Of a DNA stretch of 64,000 nucleotides, positions 1 through 8,925 are shown in pieces; within the stretch, counting starts at the first letter, position 1, and every line of letters begins with the position of its first letter. The position numbers and the translations under genes are program-made. Below the pieces are notes generated by a model. That model was given only the letters and a program-made list of their open reading frames with translations. It made no database searches and had not been told where the DNA came from. Origin of the DNA: an uncultured Actinomycetes bacterium (GTDB lineage: Bacteria; Actinomycetota; Thermoleophilia; UBA2241); the NCBI GenBank assembly GCA_963725665.1, contig CAVRZA010000011.1, positions 64,001-128,000 of the forward strand. Direction: 5' to 3'.

Positions 1-2
1 GG

Positions 3-716
3 GTGCTGGTGCACATCGTCTCGGCACGCATCGCAAGGCTCGTGCCCGATACGCGTCGCCTGCGCCTCGCCAGTCTTGTCGGGGGGGCGACGCTCGGCGT
101 ACTTGCCGCGCTCCTCCCCGTCTGGCTGGCCACGGGCCTGCTCCTGCTCGTCCCCTCCTCGGCGGCGCCGCTTGCGCGCGCCGCCCATCAGTCATCGACC
201 GCGAAGCTGATGGGCGCCTGGACTCCGTCGTGGCCCCAGGGCGTGCTCGCCTACGTCGGCAAGGTGGCGGTCGGGCCGCAGCAGGACCAGCTCGTTTACG
301 AGCTGCAGCATCTCTTCTCCAACGGTCCCCGGCTGATGCAGGAGCAAGAAGCACAGATGCTCGACCTCTTGAACCAGACGCGCCGCCAGTTCGGCCTGCC
401 GCCGCTGCGCCTGGACCCCAAGCTGCGTCTCGCGGCGCGCGCTCACTCGGCCGACATGGCCACGAACAACTACTTCGAGCACGACTCACCGCGGTTCGGC
501 ACGCCGGTGCAGCGCATGCAGGTCGCGGGGGTGCGCACGGGTTACTACGGCGAGAACATTGCCTTCGCACTCGACGCGGCACTGGCGGAGACCGCGTTCA
601 TGCACTCCCCCGGGCACCGCGCCAACATCCTCGATCCCGACTACACCCGCGTAGGCATCGGCGCGGTCACCGACGGTCTCATGGTGATGTTCACGCAGGA
701 CTTCGCCGGCACCTGA
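3..716 (+). CDS. CAP/SCP-domain (YkwD-like) protein with N-terminal membrane region (CvpA-like); 5'-partial
   Basis: AARAHSADM..YFEH, GENIA, HSPGHRANIL, IGA..TQDF CAP motifs; hydrophobic N-terminus; ORF runs off the window start. Confidence 0.8.
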   Translation: MLVHIVSARIARLVPDTRRLRLASLVGGATLGVLAALLPVWLATGLLLLVPSSAAPLARAAHQSSTAKLMGAWTPSWPQGVLAYVGKVAVGPQQDQLVYELQHLFSNGPRLMQEQEAQMLDLLNQTRRQFGLPPLRLDPKLRLAARAHSADMATNNYFEHDSPRFGTPVQRMQVAGVRTGYYGENIAFALDAALAETAFMHSPGHRANILDPDYTRVGIGAVTDGLMVMFTQDFAGT

Positions 717-749
717 CGGCCGGCGGCCGGAGCGATAGGATGGGGCGGC

Positions 750-1895
750 GTGCCAACCGACCACTTCCCGAGCGATGCGGCCGGCAGGATGACGGCACGA
801 AACGAGGGCAGGAGCACCAGGCAGACTGTGAGCCCCGATGCATATGAGCGCCTGGCAGCCACGCTCGACGGCCTCGCCAACGGCTTTCCGCGCACCGAGT
901 CGAACGTCGAGCGGCGCATCTTGCGCTCAGTGTTCACGCCCGACGAAGCCGAGGTGGTGGCGGCGCTCACGGGGCGACCCGCCGCCGCCGAAGAGATTGC
1001 CCGCCGGGCCGGCCTGGAACAGCCTGCAGTGACGGCGACGCTCGAGCGCCTGGCGGAGCGAGGCGTGATCTGGACCGGCTCAGCCAAGGACGGGACGGGC
1101 TACCGGCTGGCGCCGTTCGTCGTCGGCTTTTTCGAGTCCCACCTGCTCCAGACGCGCGACCCCGAGTTCGCGCGCCTCGTGGAGGAGTACATGACCGGCG
1201 GCGGGGCCCTGGGCATCATGAGCGCCCAACCGGCCATCCACCGCGTCGTCCCCGCGAGAGGGGCAACCGAGACCGAATGGGTGCTGCCCTACGACGACGT
1301 GCGCGCCATCCTCGAGACGGCGACCTCGTTCCGCCTCGAGGAGTGCGTCTGCCGCATCCAGCAGGACGAGCTGGACGCCAGGCGCTGCGACTTTCCTCTC
1401 GAGACGTGCCTCTGGTTCTCCTTCACCGAGAGCGGCGACCGGGAGGGCGCCATCTCACGCGAGCAGGCCCTCGCGGCGCTCGATGAGGCCGAGCGCATCG
1501 GCCTCGTGCACACCGTGAGCAACGTGGCGTCGGGCATCGGCTACGTGTGCAACTGCTGCGGCTGCTGCTGCGGCCTGCTGCGCGGCATCAACGACTGGGG
1601 CATCGAGCACTCCGTGGCGCAGGCCAACTACTACGCCGAGATAGACCCCGAGGCGTGCACGGCCTGCGGCACGTGCGAGGAGCGCTGTCAGGTCGCGGCC
1701 ATCGCCGAGCGGGACGACGGCGTGCGGGTCGTCCGCAGGGAGCGTTGCATCGGCTGTGGCCTCTGCGTCACCGCCTGCCCTCCCGAGGCAGCCCGCCTGA
1801 GGCGCAAGGCGGAGGACGAGATCGTTACCCCGCCGGCTACGTTCGGCACATGGGAGCGCCGCCGCCTGCGGGCTCGGAGCGCCGGTACGACGTAG
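750..1895 (+). CDS. 4Fe-4S dicluster-domain protein with N-terminal HTH-like region
   Basis: CTACGTCEERC and CIGCGLCVTACP ferredoxin motifs, plus CVCR and CNCCGCCCG; start uncertain (750/789). Confidence 0.8.
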   Translation: MPTDHFPSDAAGRMTARNEGRSTRQTVSPDAYERLAATLDGLANGFPRTESNVERRILRSVFTPDEAEVVAALTGRPAAAEEIARRAGLEQPAVTATLERLAERGVIWTGSAKDGTGYRLAPFVVGFFESHLLQTRDPEFARLVEEYMTGGGALGIMSAQPAIHRVVPARGATETEWVLPYDDVRAILETATSFRLEECVCRIQQDELDARRCDFPLETCLWFSFTESGDREGAISREQALAALDEAERIGLVHTVSNVASGIGYVCNCCGCCCGLLRGINDWGIEHSVAQANYYAEIDPEACTACGTCEERCQVAAIAERDDGVRVVRRERCIGCGLCVTACPPEAARLRRKAEDEIVTPPATFGTWERRRLRARSAGTT

Positions 1896-1979
1896 CGCCG
1901 GTCATCACGGCGCCGCTCTCGCGGCGCCGGCGCTCGCCCCCGAAGCGCAACGAGGCCACCTGGTGCTATCGTTGCCGCT

Positions 1980-3572
1980 GTGCACGACGATGCCCTCATC
2001 CTCGCCCTCGACCAGGGCACGACGAGCTCCCGCACCTTGCTCATCGACCGGCGCGGGTCGGCGCTGGCGAGCGCGCAGCGCGAGGTTGCGCCGCACTTCC
2101 CGCGCCCGGGGTGGGTGGAGCAGGACCCGCTCGAGATCTGGCGGTCGCAGGCCGGGACGGCGCGCGAGGTGCTCGCACAGGCGGGCACCGATCCGCGCCG
2201 TCTCACGATCGCCATCGCCAACCAACGCGAGACGACCATCGTCTGGGAGCGCGCGACCTCGCGCCCCGTGGCGCCGGCGATAGTCTGGCAGGACAGGCGC
2301 ACCGCCGCCGACTGCGAGCGCCTGCGGGACGAAGGACGTGAGGAGCTCTTCACGGCCAAGACCGGGCTCGTCTTGGACCCCTACTTCTCGGGCACCAAGC
2401 TGCGTTGGATCCTGCGGAACGCGCCGGGCGCGCTCGAGCGCGCCCGGCGCGGCGAGCTCGCCTTCGGCACCGTCGAGAGCTGGCTCACCTGGCTTCTCAG
2501 CGGAGGACGCGTGCACGTGACCGACGCCACGAACGCCTCGCGCACCCTGCTCTACGACCTCGACGCGGGCGACTGGGACGACGAGCTGCTGGAGCTGCTC
2601 GAGATCCCTCGCGCCGTCCTCCCGCGGGTCGTCGACTCGAGCGGGGTCGTGGGCGAGACCGTACCCGGATGGGGACCGGCCGAATGGCACGAGACGGCGC
2701 CCGCGGCGGGACCGGCCGACCCGCGCGACCCCGGGCTTCCGGGCGGCCTGCCGATCGCCGGCCTCGCCGGCGACCAGCAGGCCGCTTTGTTCGGCCAGGC
2801 CTGCCTCAAAGAGGGCATGGCCAAGGTGACCTACGGCACCGGCTGCTTTCTCCTCGCCCACACCGGCGGCCGCCGCGTCGCCTCGCGCGAGCGTCTGCTT
2901 ACGACCGTCGCCTGCCAGCGCGGCGGCCGGCGCACCTACGCGCTCGAGGGCAGCGTCTTCGTCGGCGGCGCCGTCGTGCAGTGGCTGCGCGACGGGCTCC
3001 ACCTGGGCGCCTCGTCAAAGGAGGTCGCCGGGCTTGCCGCCACCGCCGAATCGAACGAGGGCGTCTGCTTCGTGCCCGCCCTCGCCGGCCTGGGAGCACC
3101 CTACTGGGACCCGGAGGCGCGCGGCGCCATTCTCGGCCTGACGCGCGGCTCGACCGCCGCGCACATCGCGCGCGCCGCCCTCGAAGGCATCGCCTTCCAG
3201 GTCGCCGACCTCGTGGCCTGCGCCGAGAGCGATATGGGCAGGCGCTTGTCAGAGGTGCGCGTCGACGGCGGGGCGAGCGCCAACGACCAGCTTATGCAGT
3301 TCCAGGCCGACGTGCTCGGCGTGCCGGTGGTGCGGCCGGTCGTCCTGGAGTCGACCGCCCTCGGCGCCGCCTACCTGGCCGGCCTCACGGTCGGCCTTTG
3401 GCGCGACGAGGACGACGTGGCCGCCCTCTGGCGGGCACAGCGCCGCTTCGAGCCCCGCGACGGCATCGACCGTGAGGCCCTCCTCGCTTCGTGGCACAAA
3501 GCCGTCGAGGCGACCCGCGCCTTCGGCTCCGGGGCGGGCGAAGCCGCGGAGCCTCCCGGAGGCGCCGCATGA
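1980..3572 (+). CDS. glpK: Glycerol kinase
   Basis: [50 protein letters not shown] motifs; TGcTATCGT -10 box 7 nt before GTG. Confidence 0.95.
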   Translation: MHDDALILALDQGTTSSRTLLIDRRGSALASAQREVAPHFPRPGWVEQDPLEIWRSQAGTAREVLAQAGTDPRRLTIAIANQRETTIVWERATSRPVAPAIVWQDRRTAADCERLRDEGREELFTAKTGLVLDPYFSGTKLRWILRNAPGALERARRGELAFGTVESWLTWLLSGGRVHVTDATNASRTLLYDLDAGDWDDELLELLEIPRAVLPRVVDSSGVVGETVPGWGPAEWHETAPAAGPADPRDPGLPGGLPIAGLAGDQQAALFGQACLKEGMAKVTYGTGCFLLAHTGGRRVASRERLLTTVACQRGGRRTYALEGSVFVGGAVVQWLRDGLHLGASSKEVAGLAATAESNEGVCFVPALAGLGAPYWDPEARGAILGLTRGSTAAHIARAALEGIAFQVADLVACAESDMGRRLSEVRVDGGASANDQLMQFQADVLGVPVVRPVVLESTALGAAYLAGLTVGLWRDEDDVAALWRAQRRFEPRDGIDREALLASWHKAVEATRAFGSGAGEAAEPPGGAA

Positions 3573-3597
3573 GGCAGAACCACGACGAGGAGAGGAC

Positions 3598-4356
3598 GTG
3601 GACGAGGCCAAGGCGGTGATCGCTAAGGAGCTCGTCGGCGGCGTCGTCTTCGACATGGACGGCGTCGTGACGCAGACGGCTACCGTGCACGCGCGGGCCT
3701 GGAAGCGCCTCTTCGACAGCTACCTGCGCGAGCACGCCCAGCGCACCGGCGAGCCCTTCGTCCCCTTCGACAGCGACGGCGACTACCGCCTCTACGTCGA
3801 CGGCAAGGCGCGCTACGACGGCGTGCACAGCTTCCTGCGCTCCCGCGGCATCTCCCTGCCTCCAGGACGGCCGAGCGATCCCCCCCAAGCCGAGACGGAG
3901 TGCGGGCTCGGCAACCGCAAGAACTCGCTCTTTCTCAAGGAGGTCGAGGAGCACGGCGTGCAGCCGTACGAGACCACGGTCGCGCTCATCCGGCGACTCA
4001 AGGAGGCCGCCATCGCGACCGCCGTCATCTCGGCGAGCGAGAACACGACCCAGGTGCTAGAGGCCGCCGGGGTGCGCGACCTCTTCGAGGCCCAGGTCGA
4101 CGGGCTGGTCGCCCGCGAGCTGGGCCTCCCCGGCAAGCCCGATCCGGCGGTGTTCATCGAGGCGGCGCGGCGCATCGGCGTTACGCCGGCTCAGGCGGCG
4201 GTCGTCGAGGACGCCCTCGCCGGCGTCGAGGCTGGGCGCCGCGGCGACTTCGCGCTCGTCATCGGCGTCGACCGCACCGGGCATGCCGGTGCCCTCAAGG
4301 AGCACGGCGCCGACGTGGTGGTGCAGGACCTCTCAGAGGTGGAGGTCCGAGCCTGA
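3598..4356 (+). CDS. Beta-phosphoglucomutase-family HAD hydrolase
   Basis: FDMDGVVT, GKPDPAVF, VEDALAGVEAG; GAGGAGAGG SD before GTG 3598. Confidence 0.85.
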   Translation: MDEAKAVIAKELVGGVVFDMDGVVTQTATVHARAWKRLFDSYLREHAQRTGEPFVPFDSDGDYRLYVDGKARYDGVHSFLRSRGISLPPGRPSDPPQAETECGLGNRKNSLFLKEVEEHGVQPYETTVALIRRLKEAAIATAVISASENTTQVLEAAGVRDLFEAQVDGLVARELGLPGKPDPAVFIEAARRIGVTPAQAAVVEDALAGVEAGRRGDFALVIGVDRTGHAGALKEHGADVVVQDLSEVEVRA

Positions 4357-4363
4357 CGGGGCA

Positions 4364-6238
4364 CTAGAGCAACGCCACCCAGATCGTGACGACGCTGCCC
4401 TCCCTGGCCTTCGTCCCCGCCGCCGGCTCCTGATCGACGACCGTCCCGGGGACCTCCCCGAAGGCGATGGCCGTCTTCGTGCTCACGCTGAAACCGGCAT
4501 CCTGGAGATCAGCCTTGGCGCTGCCGTACGACGAACCGACGACGTCGGGGACGAGCTTCTTCGGCATGCCGGTGCTCACCCAATACGCGACGGTGTCGCC
4601 CCGCGCGACCGTGGCATCGACAGACGGTCGCTGCCTGTAGACCAGTCCGGCCGCGACGCGCCGCGATGCGCCATGGTTGCGTTGCGACACGAGGTCGTAG
4701 CGCGCCAGCAGCGCCTCGACCTGGTCCGGCGACTGGCCGGTGAGGTCGGGCAGCTTCACGTGCACCGGCCCCGTGCGGATCCAGAGATGCACCTTGCCGC
4801 CGTCGGCGAGGCCGCTGCCGGCGGCCGGAGTCTGGCGCACCACGTACCCGTCCGCGTACTTGTCGGAGAAGGCGTCGTGCAGGGCAACGGTGAAGCCATC
4901 ACTCTTCACGGCGCTCACCGCCGCCTTCTGGGTCTGACCCACCACGCGCGGCACCGTGGCGAGAGGGTTGAAGAAGGTACGGTAGAGGACAAAGCCGCCG
5001 AAGGCGAGCGCCGCCAGAAGCATGACCACGATGAGGGTGGTCACGCGGCGCCGGCGGCGCGCGGCGCGGAGCGCGGCCGGTGTGCCGACGACGCGCGTCG
5101 GCGCCGCGTCCGGCGCCGCCGCGCCGGTGCGAGCGAGCTCCGCGACAGCCACGGTCGCCTGCTCGCCTCCGAGGACTCTCGTCGGCTCCGCATGCGCGAC
5201 CCGCGTGGGCTGCTCATCCACGACCCGAGTGGGCTCGGCCGCGACGACCCGCGTGGGCTGCGCGCCGAGCGCCTCGCGCGGAGGCGCCTCAGAGGCGATC
5301 GCCGGCGCCGCCGCGGCGGCGCGTGCCGCCGCAGCGCCGGTGATCGCCCCGCCGCCGTCGCCGCTCGCCGCTCCCGCTATGGCGCCGGACCAGGCTGCCG
5401 ATCGCTGCAGGCGCCGCAGGTCGGCGGCGAACTGCGCCGCGGTCTGGTAGCGCTCATCCGGGCGTTTGGCGAGAGCCTTGAGCGTGATGCGGTCGAGCTC
5501 CGGCGGAGCGCCCGGCGCCAGCGCAGCCGGGCCGGGCGGCATCTCGTTCGCGTGCTTTAGCGCGAGGGCGACGTCGTTGTCGGCCGTGAACGGCAGCCTA
5601 CCGGTGAGCATCTCGTAGAGGATCACCCCCAGAGAGTAGAGATCTGTGCGCTCGTCGGTCGGCTCGCCCCGCGCCTGTTCCGGCGAGACGTACTGCACCG
5701 TCCCCATGCGCACACCGGTCGTCGTGAGCCCCGACGTCCCGACGCGGGCGATGCCGAAGTCGGCGATCTTCACCACGCCGGTCACGTCGATGAGGACGTT
5801 CTGCGCCGTGACATCGCGGTGCACGACGTGCCGCTCGTGAGCGAACTGCAGGCCAGCGAGCACCTGCAGGGCGATCCCCACGGCGTCCTGCGGCTCGAGC
5901 CCGCCGCTGCGCCGCACGCGCTCCTTGAGCGTCTCGCCGCGCACGTACTCCATGACGATGAACGACACGTCTTCCGAGGCGCCGCGATCGTAGACAGCGA
6001 CGATGTTGGGGTGGCCCAGCGCGGCGGCTGCCTGCGCCTCGCGCCGGAACCGTTCGACGAACTGCTCGTCGCCGGCGAGTTGTGGACGCAGCACCTTGAC
6101 GGCTACGAGACGGGCGAGGGCGTCGTCCTCGGCCAGGAAGACCTCGGCCATGCCGCCGCCGCCCAGGGAGCGCAGCACGCGGTAACGCTCGGCCAGCAGC
6201 GCACCGGGAGCGACATGGGGACTCAGGTCAGCGGGCAT
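4364..6238 (-). CDS. pknB: PknB/PrkC-type Ser/Thr kinase with TM helix and three PASTA repeats
   Basis: GGGGMAEV, VAVK, HRD, DFGIA, SPEQARG; TM segment; VPRVVG/LPDLTG/VPDVVG PASTA starts. Confidence 0.9.
   Translation of the reverse strand: MPADLSPHVAPGALLAERYRVLRSLGGGGMAEVFLAEDDALARLVAVKVLRPQLAGDEQFVERFRREAQAAAALGHPNIVAVYDRGASEDVSFIVMEYVRGETLKERVRRSGGLEPQDAVGIALQVLAGLQFAHERHVVHRDVTAQNVLIDVTGVVKIADFGIARVGTSGLTTTGVRMGTVQYVSPEQARGEPTDERTDLYSLGVILYEMLTGRLPFTADNDVALALKHANEMPPGPAALAPGAPPELDRITLKALAKRPDERYQTAAQFAADLRRLQRSAAWSGAIAGAASGDGGGAITGAAAARAAAAAPAIASEAPPREALGAQPTRVVAAEPTRVVDEQPTRVAHAEPTRVLGGEQATVAVAELARTGAAAPDAAPTRVVGTPAALRAARRRRRVTTLIVVMLLAALAFGGFVLYRTFFNPLATVPRVVGQTQKAAVSAVKSDGFTVALHDAFSDKYADGYVVRQTPAAGSGLADGGKVHLWIRTGPVHVKLPDLTGQSPDQVEALLARYDLVSQRNHGASRRVAAGLVYRQRPSVDATVARGDTVAYWVSTGMPKKLVPDVVGSSYGSAKADLQDAGFSVSTKTAIAFGEVPGTVVDQEPAAGTKAREGSVVTIWVALL
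5168..5263 (-). repeat. 4 x 24-bp in-frame tandem repeat (x[E/Q]PTRVxx) in the kinase juxtamembrane linker
   Basis: AQPTRVVA-AEPTRVVD-EQPTRVAH-AEPTRVLG; a further APTRVV copy lies nearer the TM helix. Confidence 0.85.
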
Positions 6239-6460
6239 CTCTCATCATCGGCGGGCTCCTCTGGCGATCCCGTCACGCGCGTCCGGCGCGCACGCCGCCC
6301 GCGGCCCTTCGAGCACTAGTGTACGGGATGGTAGCGCAAGCCGGGACTACGGCAAGAGTTAGACTGGCTCAGCCGGGCGTCCTCATCGACGGCTGAGAGC
6401 CCCGGCCGCCCTAAAGCCCGGCACGAGCCTGTCGGCCCCGCCCAGGGGTGCTAGAGTCGC

Positions 6461-7315
6461 ATGGTGGACGATCGCTCCGGCCTTCAGCACCCCTATCGGG
6501 AGCCCGTGGTGTTTGCGCCCTCGGACTTCGCCGCCCACCTGGCCTCGCGCGGCCTGCTGCCCACCCTGCCCGTACCCGAGGCCGTCATCCTCTGTTACCA
6601 GCGCTCGCTCGTGCGCGACGCGCAGGCAGACCGCGGCGCGCTCCCCGCCGGCGGCGCCTCCTCGGCCCTCTACGTGCTGCCCGAGGGCGGCCCCGCGATC
6701 ACGTCCGGCTACGGGATCGGCTCCCCGGCTGCGGCAAGCACAATGGAAGAATTGATCGCGCTCGGATGCCGCCGGTTCGTCTCCATCGGCATCGCTGGGT
6801 GCCTCCAGCGAGACATGGCCGTCGGCGACCTGGTGCTGTGCACCTCGGCCGTGTGCGACGAAGGAACCTCGCCCAGGTATGGCGAGACCGACCGTGAGCT
6901 GCGGCCGTCGCCGCCGCTCACGCGGCGGCTCGCGGCCGCACTCGAAGCGGTCGCCAGTCCGGCCGAGACAAGGGTGAAAGGACCCGACGCCACACCAGTA
7001 GCCGTGGGCCTACCGCCGGCCGATGCGCCGTTACGTCCGCGCCTCTTCCGCGGCCCCACCTGGACGGTCGACGCCGTCTATCGTGAGACGGTCGAGGCGG
7101 CGCGCGCTCTGCAGGCTCAAGGCGTGCTCACCGTCGAGATGGAGGCCTCCGCGCTCTTCACCGTCGCCGCGTACCGCAACGTCGAGGTCGCCGCCGCCTT
7201 CACGGTGAGCGATTCGCTCGCCGACCTCATCTGGGCGCCCGACTTCGACAACCCCGCGATAGGCCGCGGGCTCGAACTGCTCCTCGAGGCAGCCGAGACG
7301 GCTCTGCGGGAGTGA
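6461..7315 (+). CDS. Nucleoside phosphorylase (PNP/UDP family)
   Basis: GIGSP, SIGIAG, DEGTS, WTVDAVYRET, VEMEASA, VSD motifs; TGcTAGAGT -10 box just upstream. Confidence 0.85.
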   Translation: MVDDRSGLQHPYREPVVFAPSDFAAHLASRGLLPTLPVPEAVILCYQRSLVRDAQADRGALPAGGASSALYVLPEGGPAITSGYGIGSPAAASTMEELIALGCRRFVSIGIAGCLQRDMAVGDLVLCTSAVCDEGTSPRYGETDRELRPSPPLTRRLAAALEAVASPAETRVKGPDATPVAVGLPPADAPLRPRLFRGPTWTVDAVYRETVEAARALQAQGVLTVEMEASALFTVAAYRNVEVAAAFTVSDSLADLIWAPDFDNPAIGRGLELLLEAAETALRE

Positions 7316-7420
7316 GTCGCGGCCTCGCCGCTGCAGACGCCCCAGGAACCGCGACCTCGGCGCAATTGGCCGACTGGGGACCGGCGCGCGGCGCGGCGAC
7401 AACGGCATAGAACTGTGACC

Positions 7421-7570
7421 CGACGGGTACAGAACCGTCGCGGTGTAGCAGCACCGAAGACTGCGTGACCACAAGCGGCACGAGTCCGTACTGGGAGCGT
7501 GGAGGCCCGAAAGGGTAGTCGGAAGGACCTGTCAAAAGCAGGCGGCCGGCCTAGGCGCTACTGCACCGCC
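7421..7570. ncRNA. Candidate structured non-coding RNA (family not recognised)
   Basis: Between convergent genes; 16-bp closing stem 7440-7455/7554-7569, inner helix GACTGC/GTAGTC, CCC-GAAA-GGG and CCTG..CAGG hairpins, 5' hairpin CGACGG/CCGTCG. Confidence 0.35.
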
Positions 7571-7634
7571 TTCTCATACCCTCTCGCGCAGATCCTCTCG
7601 CAGGTGGCCTCTCGGCCGGCTAAGACCCACGCCC

Positions 7635-8166
7635 TTACCGTCGCACCATGAGCCGCCGGGCGGCCGCCGTCAGCCCGTCGACACTGAGCTCGTACATGGG
7701 GAAGACCTTGCGGATCTCGGCGATCGTGCGCCGCCCGTAGGCGTATTTCCATTCCTTCTCCGGCAGCGTGTTCAGCCAGACGGAGTGCTCGAAGTGTCGC
7801 TACAGCCGGCGCAGCCACTCGATCCCGGGCTCCTCGTTGCCGTAGCCCCACCAGATGATGCCGTGCGGCTGCAGCAGCTCCGTGGGCGCCATCTCCGCGT
7901 CGCCGACCACGATCAGCTTGTAGTCGCCGGCAAGATCGTTGAGCACCTTCTTCGTCGAGGCGGCGCGGTCGAGGCTGCAGCGCTCGTCGAGGTAGAGGAA
8001 GTCGTACACGCAGTTGTGGAAGTAGAAGAGGCGCAGGTCCTTGAAGTGCGTCGACTTGTTCACGAATGAGGTCGGGAGCCGCGATGTAGTCGTCGGTCCC
8101 GGCGTACACGCTCGCCGCCTGTGCGGCGCGCGGCAGGCCGTCTTACGCTCGTGGGGTGTCGTTCAT
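7635..8166 (-). pseudogene. Decayed remnant: MoxR-like ATPase N-terminus joined to the C-terminus of a vWA (CoxE-like) partner
   Basis: YAGTDDYIAAPDL (MoxR-like start) switches frame into HFKDLRLFYFHNCVYD..GDAEMAP..HSVWLN; in-frame TAA in the 5' part and TAG at 7800-7802. Confidence 0.7.
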
Positions 8167-8303
8167 GCGGGGCTCAGCCTATCCATGTACCGGCCGGATA
8201 GTGTAGCGGACCGCCCGCGGTTGGGCCCTCCCGGCCCTTCACAGCACCGTTTTGTAGGGACGAGAATGGAGATAGTAGCTGGAGCCCACGCGAGGGGGAT
8301 GAC

Positions 8304-8777
8304 ATGAGGCCACCGACGGCAGACCTCAACATCGAGTCGACGCTGCGCCATTGCGATCTCCTGGAACCGCTGAGCGACGCCCAGATCGGCGAGCTGACGT
8401 CGTTAGCGACGCTCCGGGCACTGGAGGAGGGCGAGAAACTCTTTGGCCAGAACGAAGAAGCGAGCGACCTGTGCGTCGTCGAGAGCGGCCGCCTCGCAGT
8501 GCGCCTGGCCGCGCCCGGAGGACACGTGATCGAGGTGTTCGACGCCGGGCAGTACCGGCTGTCGGGCTGGTCGGCCCTGGTCGCACCGCACATGTACATC
8601 GCCGACGCGACCGCATTGGAGTACACGACGGTGCTCCTCGTCCCGGCGAGTCAGGCCGAGGAGGTCTTCCTCAAGGAGCCCGAGCGCGGCTACGAGGTGA
8701 TGAAGAAGCTCGCCGCCACGATCTCGATGCGCCTGCGCGACATCAAGGAGCAGCTCATCGAGCTCCTCGAGAAGTAG
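8304..8777 (+). CDS. Stand-alone cyclic-nucleotide-binding domain protein
   Basis: LF.Q.E.A..L.VVESG.L, GWSALV, ADATALE; no HTH. Confidence 0.8.
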   Translation: MRPPTADLNIESTLRHCDLLEPLSDAQIGELTSLATLRALEEGEKLFGQNEEASDLCVVESGRLAVRLAAPGGHVIEVFDAGQYRLSGWSALVAPHMYIADATALEYTTVLLVPASQAEEVFLKEPERGYEVMKKLAATISMRLRDIKEQLIELLEK

Positions 8778-8925
8778 ACGACTGTGCGCGGCAGGGACGA
8801 CCGGTCGGTCGTCCCCGCACAGTCCACCCGGCCCATCCTCAGTGGGGCCCAGGATCATGCCGCCACAGCATGATGCCTGCGGCCGCGTGCTACGATTCGC
8901 GCCACGCTACCGCGTAGCGGCTACC

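Noticed and set aside
6240-6460. tRNA-like or ncRNA sequence between pknB and the phosphorylase
   Set aside because: Only a short IR (CTCAGCCG/CGGCTGAG); no cloverleaf or TTC-loop; consistent with a divergent promoter region.
7800-7802. In-frame TAG as pyrrolysine
   Set aside because: The gene is 5'-truncated and has another premature stop; the position is non-catalytic; decay is the simpler explanation.
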